DNA of 64,000 nucleotides from the sequence record NC_049383.1; one strand, 5' to 3'. A program made the translations under genes and the position numbers. Below are positions 9,872 to 20,117 of the stretch, piece by piece. The notes beneath the pieces were generated by a model. The model did no database searches. It was given only the letters and a program-made list of their open reading frames with translations, and was not told where the DNA came from. Each line of letters opens with the position of its first letter. Position 1 is the stretch's first letter.

Positions 9872-10990
9872 ATGAAAGTAGGTAAACAAGCAAAGGATTT
9901 ATCGGCAAAAGTAGGGTCGAAAATTGGAAATATTACAAATGCAGAATCCGCATTAAAAAAGTTAAAAAAAGAACGTAAAGATACAATTTTAGGATATGCT
10001 AAACAGTATATCGATAAAATAAATGAAAATCAGTATGTTAAGGCTAAATTAGATGTACATGAGCAAGATTATACAAGAATGTATATTGATATCGATAATA
10101 GTGGTTATGGTGGTGCTATTATAATGAATCACGGTTATTCATCTATTGATATGGGTGATGTATTCAGAACAGTTGTAAATGTTAGTCTTTCGGGATATTC
10201 TAAAGAGGTTATAGACCCAATAATCGAATACCCTATATATGGAGAAAAGAAAGTTTCTAATGAGAAAATGGGAGCTACATTAGAAAAGGTTTCAATAATC
10301 GCAAAAGAATTATCACAATTATATTGGATTATGAACGGTTTCATTCTTTATAAAGAGGTTGAGAAAGAAGTAAAACAATTAGATAAAGAAATTGAAAATA
10401 TCGAAAGTTTAGCAACATCAAACCCATATGTTGAACAATATGGTTTAGCAGAGGTTGTAGCTAATGAAGCTATAGCACACGCATTCAAACAAAAGAATTT
10501 CAAATTCCAACCTAAGAAATTTAGTGATTTAGTAAAAGATATCAAGAAAAATAAAGGATTCTATTTTACCCAAGGTGGTAATGGTAGTGGTGATATGTTC
10601 GGTTTATCTTGGCGTTATAACTCTATGGGTGATAATCAATCAGCTTGGGAACAAATGGTTATGGATATTGTAAATGTTGATACTCGTTTAAGTGAAGGTG
10701 ATGTTATTTTACCAGTATTTGTAGAAAAAGGTGGTTTATACTCTGATATGATGAGTGAATTTAAAATCGAATCTAAAGGAAAAAACTTCAAAGGTGTTGC
10801 TAAATCTGCTTCTAGTGATGAAGTTAAATTATCTAAAAAGTTATTATCAGCAAAGCCTAGAAAAGAAGTTTATTTATCTTCAACTAAAAACGATGTTTCA
10901 GATGTTTTCATACATAAAGGAGCATTCATTCTTTTATTAGCGTTATTCACTAATGAAATGGACGAATATAAAAAACTTTTCATTAACTAA
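9872..10990 (+). CDS. Hypothetical protein
   Basis: 372-aa ORF followed by terminator. Confidence 0.6.
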   Translation: MKVGKQAKDLSAKVGSKIGNITNAESALKKLKKERKDTILGYAKQYIDKINENQYVKAKLDVHEQDYTRMYIDIDNSGYGGAIIMNHGYSSIDMGDVFRTVVNVSLSGYSKEVIDPIIEYPIYGEKKVSNEKMGATLEKVSIIAKELSQLYWIMNGFILYKEVEKEVKQLDKEIENIESLATSNPYVEQYGLAEVVANEAIAHAFKQKNFKFQPKKFSDLVKDIKKNKGFYFTQGGNGSGDMFGLSWRYNSMGDNQSAWEQMVMDIVNVDTRLSEGDVILPVFVEKGGLYSDMMSEFKIESKGKNFKGVAKSASSDEVKLSKKLLSAKPRKEVYLSSTKNDVSDVFIHKGAFILLLALFTNEMDEYKKLFIN

Positions 10991-11017
10991 AAGAAAAATT
11001 TTTATAAATTATACTAT

Positions 11018-11055
11018 AAAAAAGACCAAAATTCGAAAGAGTTTTGGTCTTTTTT
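11018..11055 (+). terminator. Intrinsic terminator
   Basis: aaaaaagaccaaaattc-gaaa-gagttttggtctttttt. Confidence 0.85.
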
Positions 11056-11346
11056 ATTATCAGATTTAACAGATATTTGGCTAATTTTCGTCTTAAACAT
11101 AATTTTATTAATTTTATTCATAATATACTGATTATCAATATTCTACACTTTTTATTTTTGTACTTAAAATAAATGTTAAAAATTTTGTTAAAAATGTTAA
11201 AATTACATACGTAAAATATTCGACATGACAAATTTTTTAACATTTTCGATTACAATTTTAAGTAACTGATTTACAACGTTTTATAAGAATTTAACAAATT
11301 TATGAATTTTGTTAAATTTTAAACAATTACACCCGAAAAATTTTCG

Positions 11347-11496
11347 ACATATACAAACCTTGCTGTAGAGACAATATTTTAACAAATTCTTTGAAAGATT
11401 CTCAATAAAACGAATTTTTCGTTTAAAGAAAATCAGTAAAAATGTACCTAGGTGCATTTTCTTTTATATATTATAAATACAAATAAAATAAATAAA
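11347..11496. repeat. Dispersed 150-bp non-coding repeat, copy 1 (near-perfect 22-bp palindrome aaaatgtacctaggtgcatttt at 11439-11460)
   Basis: Aligns ungapped with 40846-40995, about 12 mismatches by hand count. Confidence 0.9.
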
Positions 11497-11617
11497 AGCG
11501 CGCGGAGAGAGGTTTAAAAAATTCTTATAAAAATTGTAATTAAAAATTTTGTTTTGAAAACATTTTGTTCTTTAAAATATTAATCTTTATATTTGCTAAA
11601 ATTTTAAATTTTATATT

Positions 11618-11977
11618 ATGGAAAGTAATCAGACAGAAATTGTTGTTGTATCTGCTTCATTAGGTAGTGGTAAAAAATGGGTCGGTGGTATCGAATATAA
11701 ACAAAAAGTGAAAAACGTTGTTGAGAAATCTAAATGTTATGATACTATTGAACAAAACAAAAGTAAACGTTACAGGAAGTCTGAAATGAATAAGATTAAA
11801 ACAAATCTTAACGGTACACTTTCAGAAGACGGGTCATTAGTCGCATATCATATGATTGTTTTAAACAATAAAGAGGATATTGAAAATGCAGAAAATGTTT
11901 TAAAAGATAGGATTGAACAACACGTTATAAATATTTATGAACGTGCTAAAGAATTAATGAGAAATTTAGAAAGTTAA
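11618..11977 (+). CDS. Hypothetical protein
   Basis: ORF after TATATTTG box near 11589. Confidence 0.6.
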   Translation: MESNQTEIVVVSASLGSGKKWVGGIEYKQKVKNVVEKSKCYDTIEQNKSKRYRKSEMNKIKTNLNGTLSEDGSLVAYHMIVLNNKEDIENAENVLKDRIEQHVINIYERAKELMRNLES

Positions 11978-12070
11978 AATAACTAGTTTTAAGAGACTTT
12001 TTAATATATACTTAGTATATTTATATAGAATATATATAAAAGTCTCTTAAAACCACTTAAAAATAAGTTT

Positions 12071-12601
12071 ATGGCGACATTTAAGGCTATTGTAGCTACA
12101 GCAAGAAATAATATTATTGGAAATGGTGAAAAAATGGGTTGGAATATACCCGAAGAGTTGGAGTATTTCAAACAAGTTACACAAGGTTCAATAATTATAA
12201 TGGGTCGAAAAACATTTGAATCAATTGGTTGTAGGTTATTGCCGAATAGGAAGACTATCGTAATTACTCGTGAGAATGGGTATAAGAATCGTCTTTTGAG
12301 TGAAGGTAGGATAAGCAAAAATGATTATGATAATTTACTATTAGTCACAAGTTATCGCGATGTGATTATACGTGTTTCATTATTCAATACACAAACTGAT
12401 GTTTTTGTTGTTGGTGGTGGTGAAATTTATAAAATGTTTGAGTATCTTTATGATGAAATTTATGTGAGTCGTATTGATATGGATATTGAAGGTGATGTTA
12501 CTTTCGATATTGATTTAAAGCACTATTCTATGGATATAGTTAGAGAACCTATTATGAAGAATGGTAAAGAATTAGTTAAATTTGAAAGATATAGATTATG
12601 A
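12071..12601 (+). CDS. folA: Dihydrofolate reductase
   Basis: AIVA...IIGNG..MGWNIPEELEYFK...IIMGRKTFESIG..LPNRKTIVITR, VVGGGEIY. Confidence 0.95.
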   Translation: MATFKAIVATARNNIIGNGEKMGWNIPEELEYFKQVTQGSIIIMGRKTFESIGCRLLPNRKTIVITRENGYKNRLLSEGRISKNDYDNLLLVTSYRDVIIRVSLFNTQTDVFVVGGGEIYKMFEYLYDEIYVSRIDMDIEGDVTFDIDLKHYSMDIVREPIMKNGKELVKFERYRL

Positions 12602-12981
12602 AATTAGAAGATTATCAAAATAAGTTTAAGGAGCTTAAAGATATTGAGTTTGAGGAATTAGAAATTCCAAAAGGTGAAACACTTGAAAAGTTTTTAAAAC
12701 AACATAAAATAGATGATGATTATGAGATAACACTATGTCATATATTCAAAAAAGATATCAAAAGATTTGATTACTTTTACAATGTCTATGTGAAGGATTG
12801 TCAGAGAAAAATTTACAGAACATTGAATGATGATACTAAGTTACATCAACAAGTGTTTGGTGTTCCTCATGTGTATGTTAGAGAGGAAGATAAATTTTAT
12901 AGAATACCAAATTCTATACTTCATAATGATGTAGAATCGGACTTGATAATTGAGAAGATAGAGGAAAATTGGTTAAATTAA
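12598..12981 (+). CDS. Hypothetical protein
   Basis: ATGA overlap with DHFR. Confidence 0.55.
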   Translation: MKLEDYQNKFKELKDIEFEELEIPKGETLEKFLKQHKIDDDYEITLCHIFKKDIKRFDYFYNVYVKDCQRKIYRTLNDDTKLHQQVFGVPHVYVREEDKFYRIPNSILHNDVESDLIIEKIEENWLN

Positions 12982-12983
12982 TA

Positions 12984-13030
12984 AAAAATCCGTTTCACAT
13001 TTGGTGGAATGGATTTTTTGTTTTAGATTT
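12984..13030 (+). promoter_or_regulatory. Overlapping terminator hairpin and Bacteroidota promoter
   Basis: TTTG in hairpin loop, 20-nt spacer, TAGATTTG; covarying homolog at about 24415-24461. Confidence 0.7.
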
Positions 13031-13063
13031 GTGTTATAATTAAAAAACTTAAAAACTATTATA

Positions 13064-13666
13064 ATGGAAAGTAATTTATTCGAAACTAGAAGAAAAGAAG
13101 TATTGGGAACTGTTGATTATGAATTGAAAGAACCATTTAGAACCCCAGTTAATTTAGAAATTGTTAAAAAAGGAACTGATTTTTTTGCTTCACTTTTTGA
13201 AGAAAAAGAAATTAAAAAAGCTATAAATAGGATATATTCAATGTATGAATTTTCCGAAAATATGATGGTAAAGGATGTAAACCTAATTCCTGCTAGGTCT
13301 GTTTTAAAACATAATACAGAATACAATTATTATAAACAATCTTTATCTTACATTTTTTCATGGTTATTAATCAGAATTGGTGAAGGAACAATGAAAAATG
13401 AAAGTGAAACAATCCAAAGATTTAAAAACTATATTGAGTTCAGAAAGAATAAAATAATAAGTGAAATGATTGAAAGAACACCATCATTTAACTCAACTTG
13501 TGTTATGTCTAACATGAAAGAGATTTATGAAAATGAGGCTAGAGCATATATGTTAAGAAATATATTCTTACCTATTTCAAATTCTTTAAACGGTAAGATT
13601 GGTGATACTACATCTTCTATAAGTGTTGGATTTCCTACATCAAATTTTAATAATAAAAATTGTTAA
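13064..13666 (+). CDS. Hypothetical protein
   Basis: ORF after promoter. Confidence 0.6.
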   Translation: MESNLFETRRKEVLGTVDYELKEPFRTPVNLEIVKKGTDFFASLFEEKEIKKAINRIYSMYEFSENMMVKDVNLIPARSVLKHNTEYNYYKQSLSYIFSWLLIRIGEGTMKNESETIQRFKNYIEFRKNKIISEMIERTPSFNSTCVMSNMKEIYENEARAYMLRNIFLPISNSLNGKIGDTTSSISVGFPTSNFNNKNC

Positions 13667-13668
13667 TC

Positions 13669-13941
13669 ATGAGTGAAGTAATTAAAGGTTTAGTTCCTGA
13701 TTATAAAGATTTTGATTTTAATGTTTTATATTGTGCTAAAATAAAACACAATTCGATTCACATTAATTATTCTTTGATGGGTGAATTTTTGAAGTTCTAT
13801 AATGAGAATAAAAAGGATGATGAAGTTTTGGTACAGAGTAAGGGTGTTTATGATACTGGTGTTAAACAAGTTATTGTACTTTGGTCTTCCGAAGGCACTT
13901 ATTTAAAATTCAAAGATGAGGTTTTAAAGAAATATAGTTAA
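13669..13941 (+). CDS. Hypothetical protein
   Basis: ATG 13669 preferred over TTG 13660. Confidence 0.55.
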   Translation: MSEVIKGLVPDYKDFDFNVLYCAKIKHNSIHINYSLMGEFLKFYNENKKDDEVLVQSKGVYDTGVKQVIVLWSSEGTYLKFKDEVLKKYS

Positions 13942-14047
13942 ATCATATAAAATAAATTTTGTAGAAAAAGCCGAGATATTTTTTAGTATCTCGGCTTTTT
14001 TGATTAGTTTTGTGTAAAACAATTACAAAATGTAAAACAATAGAACA

Positions 14048-14512
14048 ATGTTAAAAGAACTTTATGATGCTGTCATAAAACAGCCGTTCGATGAAGAACG
14101 TTATAGCCCACAACCTAAATCAAAACTAAAAGGATTTGATGTTAGGATTATAAGTAAAAGAGAAAAAATATCCAAAATACCTAGATTAATATTAAGTGTT
14201 GATATGGGAAGAGCTATCCCAAATGAGGGTAGTATAATAGTTGCTGAGGAAATTGGTGATATTTATCAAAATAAAAAGACTGTTTTAGTAGAAAATATTC
14301 ATTGGATTTTCAATATTGAAATAAAACTACCTTTGATTTATAATTATGATAGTTTATTAAATCTAGAACGTTTAGAAAATATTGATGAATTTTTATATAT
14401 CGATGTTGATGCTTTGAAATTGGAATTGGAACATAAATTTTCTATTTTAAGGAAAACAGTTAGCTATTATAATGAAGATTTTAAATATAAAAGAAATCTT
14501 TTTGGTTGGTAA
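14048..14512 (+). CDS. Hypothetical protein
   Basis: ORF after terminator/promoter at about 13966-14015. Confidence 0.55.
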   Translation: MLKELYDAVIKQPFDEERYSPQPKSKLKGFDVRIISKREKISKIPRLILSVDMGRAIPNEGSIIVAEEIGDIYQNKKTVLVENIHWIFNIEIKLPLIYNYDSLLNLERLENIDEFLYIDVDALKLELEHKFSILRKTVSYYNEDFKYKRNLFGW

Positions 14513-14646
14513 TCAGATGTTTAAAAAATATTTTTAAAATTTTAATAAAATTTTCATTGTATAACTAAAAAAAGTTGTATATTTGAAGTGTCTAAAGTGA
14601 CAAACATTTAAAAACATAAAAACAAAACATTTTTAAAATTAGAATC

Positions 14647-14793
14647 ATGGCAAAATTAAGTCAAAAACAAAGAGAGCAAAGAGGTCAAAACGGATTAGTA
14701 ACAAAAAATGCTACTAAGAAGTTGAAGAGAAAATCTTTAAACAAGACACCAAAGGTGTCAAAGAAAGTTGACTTTAGAGAATTAGATATTTAA
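14647..14793 (+). CDS. Small basic protein (48 aa, not in ORF track)
   Basis: MAKLSQKQREQRGQNGLVTKNATKKLKRKSLNKTPKVSKKVDFRELDI; first ORF after TATATTTG near 14578. Confidence 0.6.
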   Translation: MAKLSQKQREQRGQNGLVTKNATKKLKRKSLNKTPKVSKKVDFRELDI

Positions 14794-14797
14794 TACT

Positions 14798-15460
14798 ATG
14801 AAGATTGTAGTAGAATATAAGGTAATGCTTCGTGGTGCAGAAGAGGTTTCAAAGTTAACTGAAACTCATTTGCTTTCCGAAGCATTATCTGATAAAGAAA
14901 GAACCTTAATCGTTAAAGACCAAAATGGCGGTGAAGACTTCGAATTGAAATCAGACTATAGTATAGCAGACCAATTCGAGGACTATTTAGATGAGACGGA
15001 TTTATCAGATTGGATGGATAGTAATGATGTTTCAATTATAATTAACTATAAGGTTTTAGAGGTTATTCAAGATGGTGATTCTCGCGATTTACCAACAATT
15101 CAAAGTGACATGGAATTGCGTGAAATGAAACAATCAACTGAATCATTTGAATTTGGGCTATATTATTTATACTCGAAAGGTGTTATAACAAATAAAAAGT
15201 TGATTTTAGATTGCATGGCTGTTTATTCAAAAATGTATGATAGTATAAAAGATTTGAAGACTCATAAACAAATAGATATAGTTTTAAAGGCGACAGGTGT
15301 TGCATACGACTCTGCATCAAATGCTTATCAACATATGACTAACATACTTAAATCATCAAATTCTGATGAAATGAAAGAACTTATAAAATCATGTGACGAT
15401 GATGAAGATATTTTAAGATTAAAACAAGAGTTTAATAAAAAACAAAGAGAAAATGAATAA
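14798..15460 (+). CDS. Hypothetical protein
   Basis: Operon ORF. Confidence 0.6.
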   Translation: MKIVVEYKVMLRGAEEVSKLTETHLLSEALSDKERTLIVKDQNGGEDFELKSDYSIADQFEDYLDETDLSDWMDSNDVSIIINYKVLEVIQDGDSRDLPTIQSDMELREMKQSTESFEFGLYYLYSKGVITNKKLILDCMAVYSKMYDSIKDLKTHKQIDIVLKATGVAYDSASNAYQHMTNILKSSNSDEMKELIKSCDDDEDILRLKQEFNKKQRENE

Positions 15461-15944
15461 TTTAGACCATATAGTACCCGAAATTTTAGCAAATTCTATT
15501 AGTAAAGTATTGACTAGAAACACTAAAATAAGACCTTTTAGAGTTTTAATTTTCAAAGATGATATTACTGAATTTCATATCAAAAAATACGATTACACTA
15601 TAGTATTAGCTTCAATGGATTATAAAGAGTTCAAAAGCGGTATTGGATTTTTTGGTAATCAAGATTTCGATAGACAAGCTATGAAGTTAAATAAAACTCC
15701 TGAAAACTACTATGAGACTTTCAGAAAAGAATCATGTTTACAAATAGCATTATCGGTTTCTAATAAAATAGAAGATATATTAACAAGTATTTTTTCTACT
15801 TCTATTGATATTGATACAATTAAAGGTACTGAGAATATATTAACAAATTGTGTATTGAAGGGTGAAAATTTAACACCACATATTGTAATAGGTGTTGAAT
15901 TAAGTGATATTAAGTCTCCTGAATCTGTATTAATTGTACACTAA
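15453..15944 (+). CDS. Hypothetical protein
   Basis: Overlaps upstream stop. Confidence 0.55.
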   Translation: MNNLDHIVPEILANSISKVLTRNTKIRPFRVLIFKDDITEFHIKKYDYTIVLASMDYKEFKSGIGFFGNQDFDRQAMKLNKTPENYYETFRKESCLQIALSVSNKIEDILTSIFSTSIDIDTIKGTENILTNCVLKGENLTPHIVIGVELSDIKSPESVLIVH

Positions 15945-15992
15945 TTTATTGAATAATAACAGTCATAACTTAAAAATTTAAAAACTTAAAAA

Positions 15993-16532
15993 ATGTACAC
16001 ATACGACAAAGATTATAAAAGTGATATTGTATCACAAATGGCTTATAATAGAACTTATATGAAGTTCGTAACTTTAGTTTTTGATGAAAAATGTCTTCCA
16101 ATCATTATAAAGACTGATTTATCTAGGAGTTCTTTTGAAGAAATAATTGTTTGGGTAGAAAACATTGAGTGTGATATAATGTATTTCAATGGTAAACTTA
16201 TAAAAATAAACGAAGATGCTATTAAACTAAAAGGTGTTGATTTCGAAGATTTAGAAAGACTTTTCCCTGATTTATTATCTGAAATGTTTCCTAATATCAA
16301 TGATTTCATAGTTTATTACAAGTATGAAAATTACTATAAAATCATGAACAAAACCCAAGAAGATATTTTCTTTGATGTTATGAAGATTTCACCAAAATCA
16401 TATAGAATTATTCAACACACTCCATATGACCAACCAACAGTTATAGTGATTGGTGGTAAAAATTACTTGACTAGAGAGCAAGTTGAAGAGTATTTGAAAA
16501 TTGATTTAGATATGGTTTCTGTACATCTTTAA
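15993..16532 (+). CDS. Hypothetical protein
   Basis: A-rich leader, 179 aa. Confidence 0.55.
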   Translation: MYTYDKDYKSDIVSQMAYNRTYMKFVTLVFDEKCLPIIIKTDLSRSSFEEIIVWVENIECDIMYFNGKLIKINEDAIKLKGVDFEDLERLFPDLLSEMFPNINDFIVYYKYENYYKIMNKTQEDIFFDVMKISPKSYRIIQHTPYDQPTVIVIGGKNYLTREQVEEYLKIDLDMVSVHL

Positions 16533-16612
16533 AATTATTTTATATTTTATTTTTATTGTTTATAAAAAAGAATTATCTTTGATGTATCGAAAGATATTTA
16601 AAAACAATAAAA

Positions 16613-16846
16613 ATGAAATTAGTACACACAAAATTAAGAAAGTCATTAAAAGAATTATCTAGAACAACTGAATCTTATTTAGTTTTAACATCGATAAAAC
16701 AATTTTTGATGGGGTATAGTAACTCGATTTTAGCTATTGAAAACAATATTTCGAGTTATATTAATGATTTAACATTAGAAGAGCTTTTACCTGAGTTTAA
16801 AAGAGTGGAGATTCTTAATACTGAAAGAAGAAGCGCGAAATTATAA
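16613..16846 (+). CDS. Hypothetical protein
   Basis: Between TATCTTTG promoter and terminator. Confidence 0.55.
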   Translation: MKLVHTKLRKSLKELSRTTESYLVLTSIKQFLMGYSNSILAIENNISSYINDLTLEELLPEFKRVEILNTERRSAKL

Positions 16847-16915
16847 AAATTTCCATCTGAATTATTGTCAGATGGAAATTTTGTTGTATATTAGCACTAT
16901 AAAAATTAAACAACA

Positions 16916-17593
16916 ATGAAAAATTTATTCACAACAGCGTTATTAGTAGGATTTATAATTTTCCTTTATTCATTTTCAAAAGGTGAGCGAGAATTAGCTA
17001 ATAATATCGAAATCAAAAAAGAGCAAATTATAGAACAAATTAAAGTAGAGGCTGTCACAACAGAAGTAATCATTTTAGAGTCTGTAGATAAAGATATTAC
17101 TACTATAGAGTCTGTAGAGTCTGTAGATAAAGATATTACTTTAGGTATGGTTAAATATATGGATGCTATCGGAATGCAGGAATCTTCTGATAACTATGAT
17201 ACTATTAATAAGTATGGTTATAAGGGTCGTTATCAATTTGGTGGTAGTGCATTAAAAGATTTAAAGATACATAATAGGAAAGATTTTCTAAAAAATGAAG
17301 AATTACAGGATAATGCTTTTATATCATTATGTAGAATAAATAAGTATCGTTTAAGAAAATTCATAAATAAGTATGAAGGGTCTGTTATAAATGGTATTAA
17401 AATTACAGAGAGTGGTATTTTAGCTTCTGCACATTTAGTTGGTGCAAAATCTGTTAAGGAATATTTAAAAAGTAACGGAAATAAAATAAGAAAAGATGCG
17501 AACGGAACAAGTGTTGAAAAGTACATGAAAAAGTTCGCAGGTTATGAGTTAAACATAACAGCTAAAAGAAAGATTAACTTAAAGAATTTTTAA
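16916..17593 (+). CDS. Lysozyme-fold / lytic transglycosylase-like protein with N-terminal signal or anchor
   Basis: Hydrophobic N terminus; IGMQESSDNY (catalytic Glu position), GYKGRYQFG, AHLVGA motifs. Confidence 0.7.
   Translation: MKNLFTTALLVGFIIFLYSFSKGERELANNIEIKKEQIIEQIKVEAVTTEVIILESVDKDITTIESVESVDKDITLGMVKYMDAIGMQESSDNYDTINKYGYKGRYQFGGSALKDLKIHNRKDFLKNEELQDNAFISLCRINKYRLRKFINKYEGSVINGIKITESGILASAHLVGAKSVKEYLKSNGNKIRKDANGTSVEKYMKKFAGYELNITAKRKINLKNF
17076..17140 (+). repeat. In-frame direct repeat of 26 nt (ESVDKDIT twice)
   Basis: tagagtctgtagataaagatattact at 17076-17101 and 17115-17140. Confidence 0.9.
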
Positions 17594-17597
17594 AAAT

Positions 17598-18062
17598 ATG
17601 ATTACAAGCGTTGGTTTCCAACTTGAAAATGGAATAGGTGGTGTCCTATATGTTAATAAGAATAAAACTCAATTAAAGAAAGTTGAGGTGCAGAAATATA
17701 TAAGAGAAACATTCCCAATGATTTCAGATAAGATAAAGGAGTATATTGATGGTAATGGTTATATATTCACAATTAACAATATAACATATTTCAATACTGA
17801 TGAAGCAATAACAGTAAAAATAACCAATGATAAACATGATTTTACTTTATTTAATGATTTGATTAATGGTAAAATTCGAGTTATTGTAACAGATATGTCA
17901 ACTATGGAAGTTGTGAGGGAATATGATGTATTTGATTTATATGAGTACATTAGTGAAGATGTATTAGCTTCTTTAATTGATACACGAAATGAGCATGAGG
18001 AATTAATTGTACATTTATGTTTACTATCCGAAATAATGGTTAAACGTATTCTTATTTCATAG
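17598..18062 (+). CDS. Hypothetical protein
   Basis: Operon ORF, TAG stop. Confidence 0.55.
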   Translation: MITSVGFQLENGIGGVLYVNKNKTQLKKVEVQKYIRETFPMISDKIKEYIDGNGYIFTINNITYFNTDEAITVKITNDKHDFTLFNDLINGKIRVIVTDMSTMEVVREYDVFDLYEYISEDVLASLIDTRNEHEELIVHLCLLSEIMVKRILIS

Positions 18063-18130
18063 TTCGACAGTATTCTTTGTTTATTTGGTATTTAATGTAT
18101 ATATTTGCATCAATAATAAAAATAATATAC

Positions 18131-18820
18131 ATGGCAAAAAACGGATTCTCAACCCCTGAAAGAATCATTAAGTTAGAGCAAAAATACAGGAATGATGATA
18201 TTGTTTATACGATGAACGATACAAGAAAAAATAGAGATATTTTATTTGCAATATCATATAAGGTCGCTGTTGGTGTAGGTAAAAGAATTTACAACAATAA
18301 TGTTTCAAATTCAAAAATCATAACACTTGATGATTCTATTCAAAATGGTTATTTAGGTATTAATGAAGCATCTAACAGATGGTTGCAATTAAAAGAGTCG
18401 GAAAGACGAAAATATTATTCATTCAATGCATATGCCACACCTTGGGTAAATAAATACATTCAATCATTTTTCGAAATGAACGTGTTTATGATTAGTCACC
18501 CACACAACATTATTAAGGACATACGTGAAGATTTTAGTTTTGGTTCTTTAGATTATAGTGATGCTCATAACATAAATGATTATTTCACAGATAATGATGA
18601 TTTTACTGATTTCGATTCATTAGATGGTATTGATAATAGTAAATTGGAATTTATTAGAAATATTGTTGGTGATTATGATTATAACTTTCTTTTGAAATAT
18701 TATGATAAATCTATACCTAGAACAGAATTAGCCAAGATTTTTGATGTTGATTTAAACAATAAAATGAAACTTTTAATTCAAAAGATAAAAATTAAAACTA
18801 AGAAATATGAGCAAGTCTGA
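18131..18820 (+). CDS. Sigma70-family RNA polymerase sigma factor (divergent)
   Basis: Region-2-like DDSIQNGYLGINEASNRW...YSFNAYATPWVNKYI; ATG 18131 preferred over TTG 18077. Confidence 0.65.
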   Translation: MAKNGFSTPERIIKLEQKYRNDDIVYTMNDTRKNRDILFAISYKVAVGVGKRIYNNNVSNSKIITLDDSIQNGYLGINEASNRWLQLKESERRKYYSFNAYATPWVNKYIQSFFEMNVFMISHPHNIIKDIREDFSFGSLDYSDAHNINDYFTDNDDFTDFDSLDGIDNSKLEFIRNIVGDYDYNFLLKYYDKSIPRTELAKIFDVDLNNKMKLLIQKIKIKTKKYEQV

Positions 18821-19052
18821 TAACAAAAGTAAAATAGATGATTTTAAAAGTTATGAAGAGTACTTAGAATCACTAATCCCAAACAATGATGAGGATTCTT
18901 TAAGAAAAAAGTATTTCAATAATTTTGAGAAATATGCATCATATTTAGGTAATGGGGTTTATACATGGGATGGCTTTTATTCATCATGTACAAGAGAGTT
19001 ATGGTTAATGGGTGCTTTACACAGAGAAAAAATTATTTTTGAAAAACTATAA
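18807..19052 (+). CDS. Hypothetical protein
   Basis: Overlaps sigma stop. Confidence 0.5.
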   Translation: MSKSDNKSKIDDFKSYEEYLESLIPNNDEDSLRKKYFNNFEKYASYLGNGVYTWDGFYSSCTRELWLMGALHREKIIFEKL

Positions 19053-19074
19053 ATATAGTATAAATTATGAAAAT

Positions 19075-19551
19075 ATGAGTAAATTACCAAATCCAAAGTT
19101 GAAGGATATAAACTTAGGCGAATCACACGCATCATTAGGAAGTGCATCTAAATCTAACTTCTCAGAGATTGAAAAATATTTAAGTAATCATAATGAAAGA
19201 ATAGATGATTTAGAAGAAAATTCAGGTAATAATATTGGTTTAGGTGATGATGATATAGTTAATATTGTAAATGCTGTTAGGTCAAGTATGGTTAAAATTA
19301 TTCCATTGAGCGCAACACATACAGATGGTGTTACAACACTTCTTGACAATAATTGTACTGTAACACGTTCAGGTAATAAATTTATTATCCAAACACCTAG
19401 TGCTATTGAGTATTCACCTATAGGTTTACGAGACGCAACAACAAAAAGTTATGCAAGCGCATACGATGTAAAAATTGATAACACGAATCAAATAATTGTA
19501 AGTTTTTCACCGTTTATTAAACAGAATTTAGAACTTATTTTATTTGGATAA
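19075..19551 (+). CDS. Hypothetical protein, probably late/structural
   Basis: TATAAATA at 19048-19055 upstream; beta-rich C terminus. Confidence 0.5.
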   Translation: MSKLPNPKLKDINLGESHASLGSASKSNFSEIEKYLSNHNERIDDLEENSGNNIGLGDDDIVNIVNAVRSSMVKIIPLSATHTDGVTTLLDNNCTVTRSGNKFIIQTPSAIEYSPIGLRDATTKSYASAYDVKIDNTNQIIVSFSPFIKQNLELILFG

Positions 19552-19566
19552 AAACATTATTTAAAC

Positions 19567-20019
19567 ATGGCAAAGAGAGAAAATAAACAAACAAAGAAAA
19601 CTTTAACAGTTGATACAGGACTTGAAATGTCTGATATCGAAAATGCAAAAACTATCGAGGAAACAGTCGAGGAAACAGTCGAGGAAACTAATGAAGTTGA
19701 AACAGAGACTAATGAAATAGATTCTGTAGTTGAAGAAAATGATAATGAAGAGGAAGAGGAAGAAGAAAATGAAGAAGTTACAAATATAACAAACCCTTAT
19801 AACTTGGATGATGAGCCTGAATTGAGAAAATATTTAGTAACATCACTTAATAGGATGGCATCAAATGCATTAGAATCGGGTAATTTATCAATGAATAAAG
19901 AGGCGATTGATGATTTTGTAAGGGATGCTTGTAGTCAATGTAGATATGAAGACTTTGAAAAAGCAAAAGTATTCGCTTATGATACTATTAAAAAGGTTTC
20001 TAGTACACTTTTAATGTAA
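19567..20019 (+). CDS. Hypothetical acidic low-complexity protein
   Basis: Glu-rich; 12-nt tandem repeat tcgaggaaacag about 2.8 copies at 19655-19688. Confidence 0.55.
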   Translation: MAKRENKQTKKTLTVDTGLEMSDIENAKTIEETVEETVEETNEVETETNEIDSVVEENDNEEEEEEENEEVTNITNPYNLDDEPELRKYLVTSLNRMASNALESGNLSMNKEAIDDFVRDACSQCRYEDFEKAKVFAYDTIKKVSSTLLM

Positions 20020-20117
20020 TTTATTACGAAAAAATTTAATTCAAACAATAAATATATTGATATATTAATGGGTCTAATTAGTTTTAGACCCTTTTGTTTA
20101 AATAAAAAATTTAAATT

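Noticed and set aside
11160-11330. Xer/dif site suggested by ATGTTAAA motifs
   Set aside because: Resembles only the XerD half-site; no XerC arm at 6-bp spacing, and the motif is repeated rather than single
19067-19078. ATG AAA ATA TGA minigene overlapping the start at 19075
   Set aside because: Easily arises by chance in AT-rich leaders; no conserved domain depends on it, unlike the 23413 case
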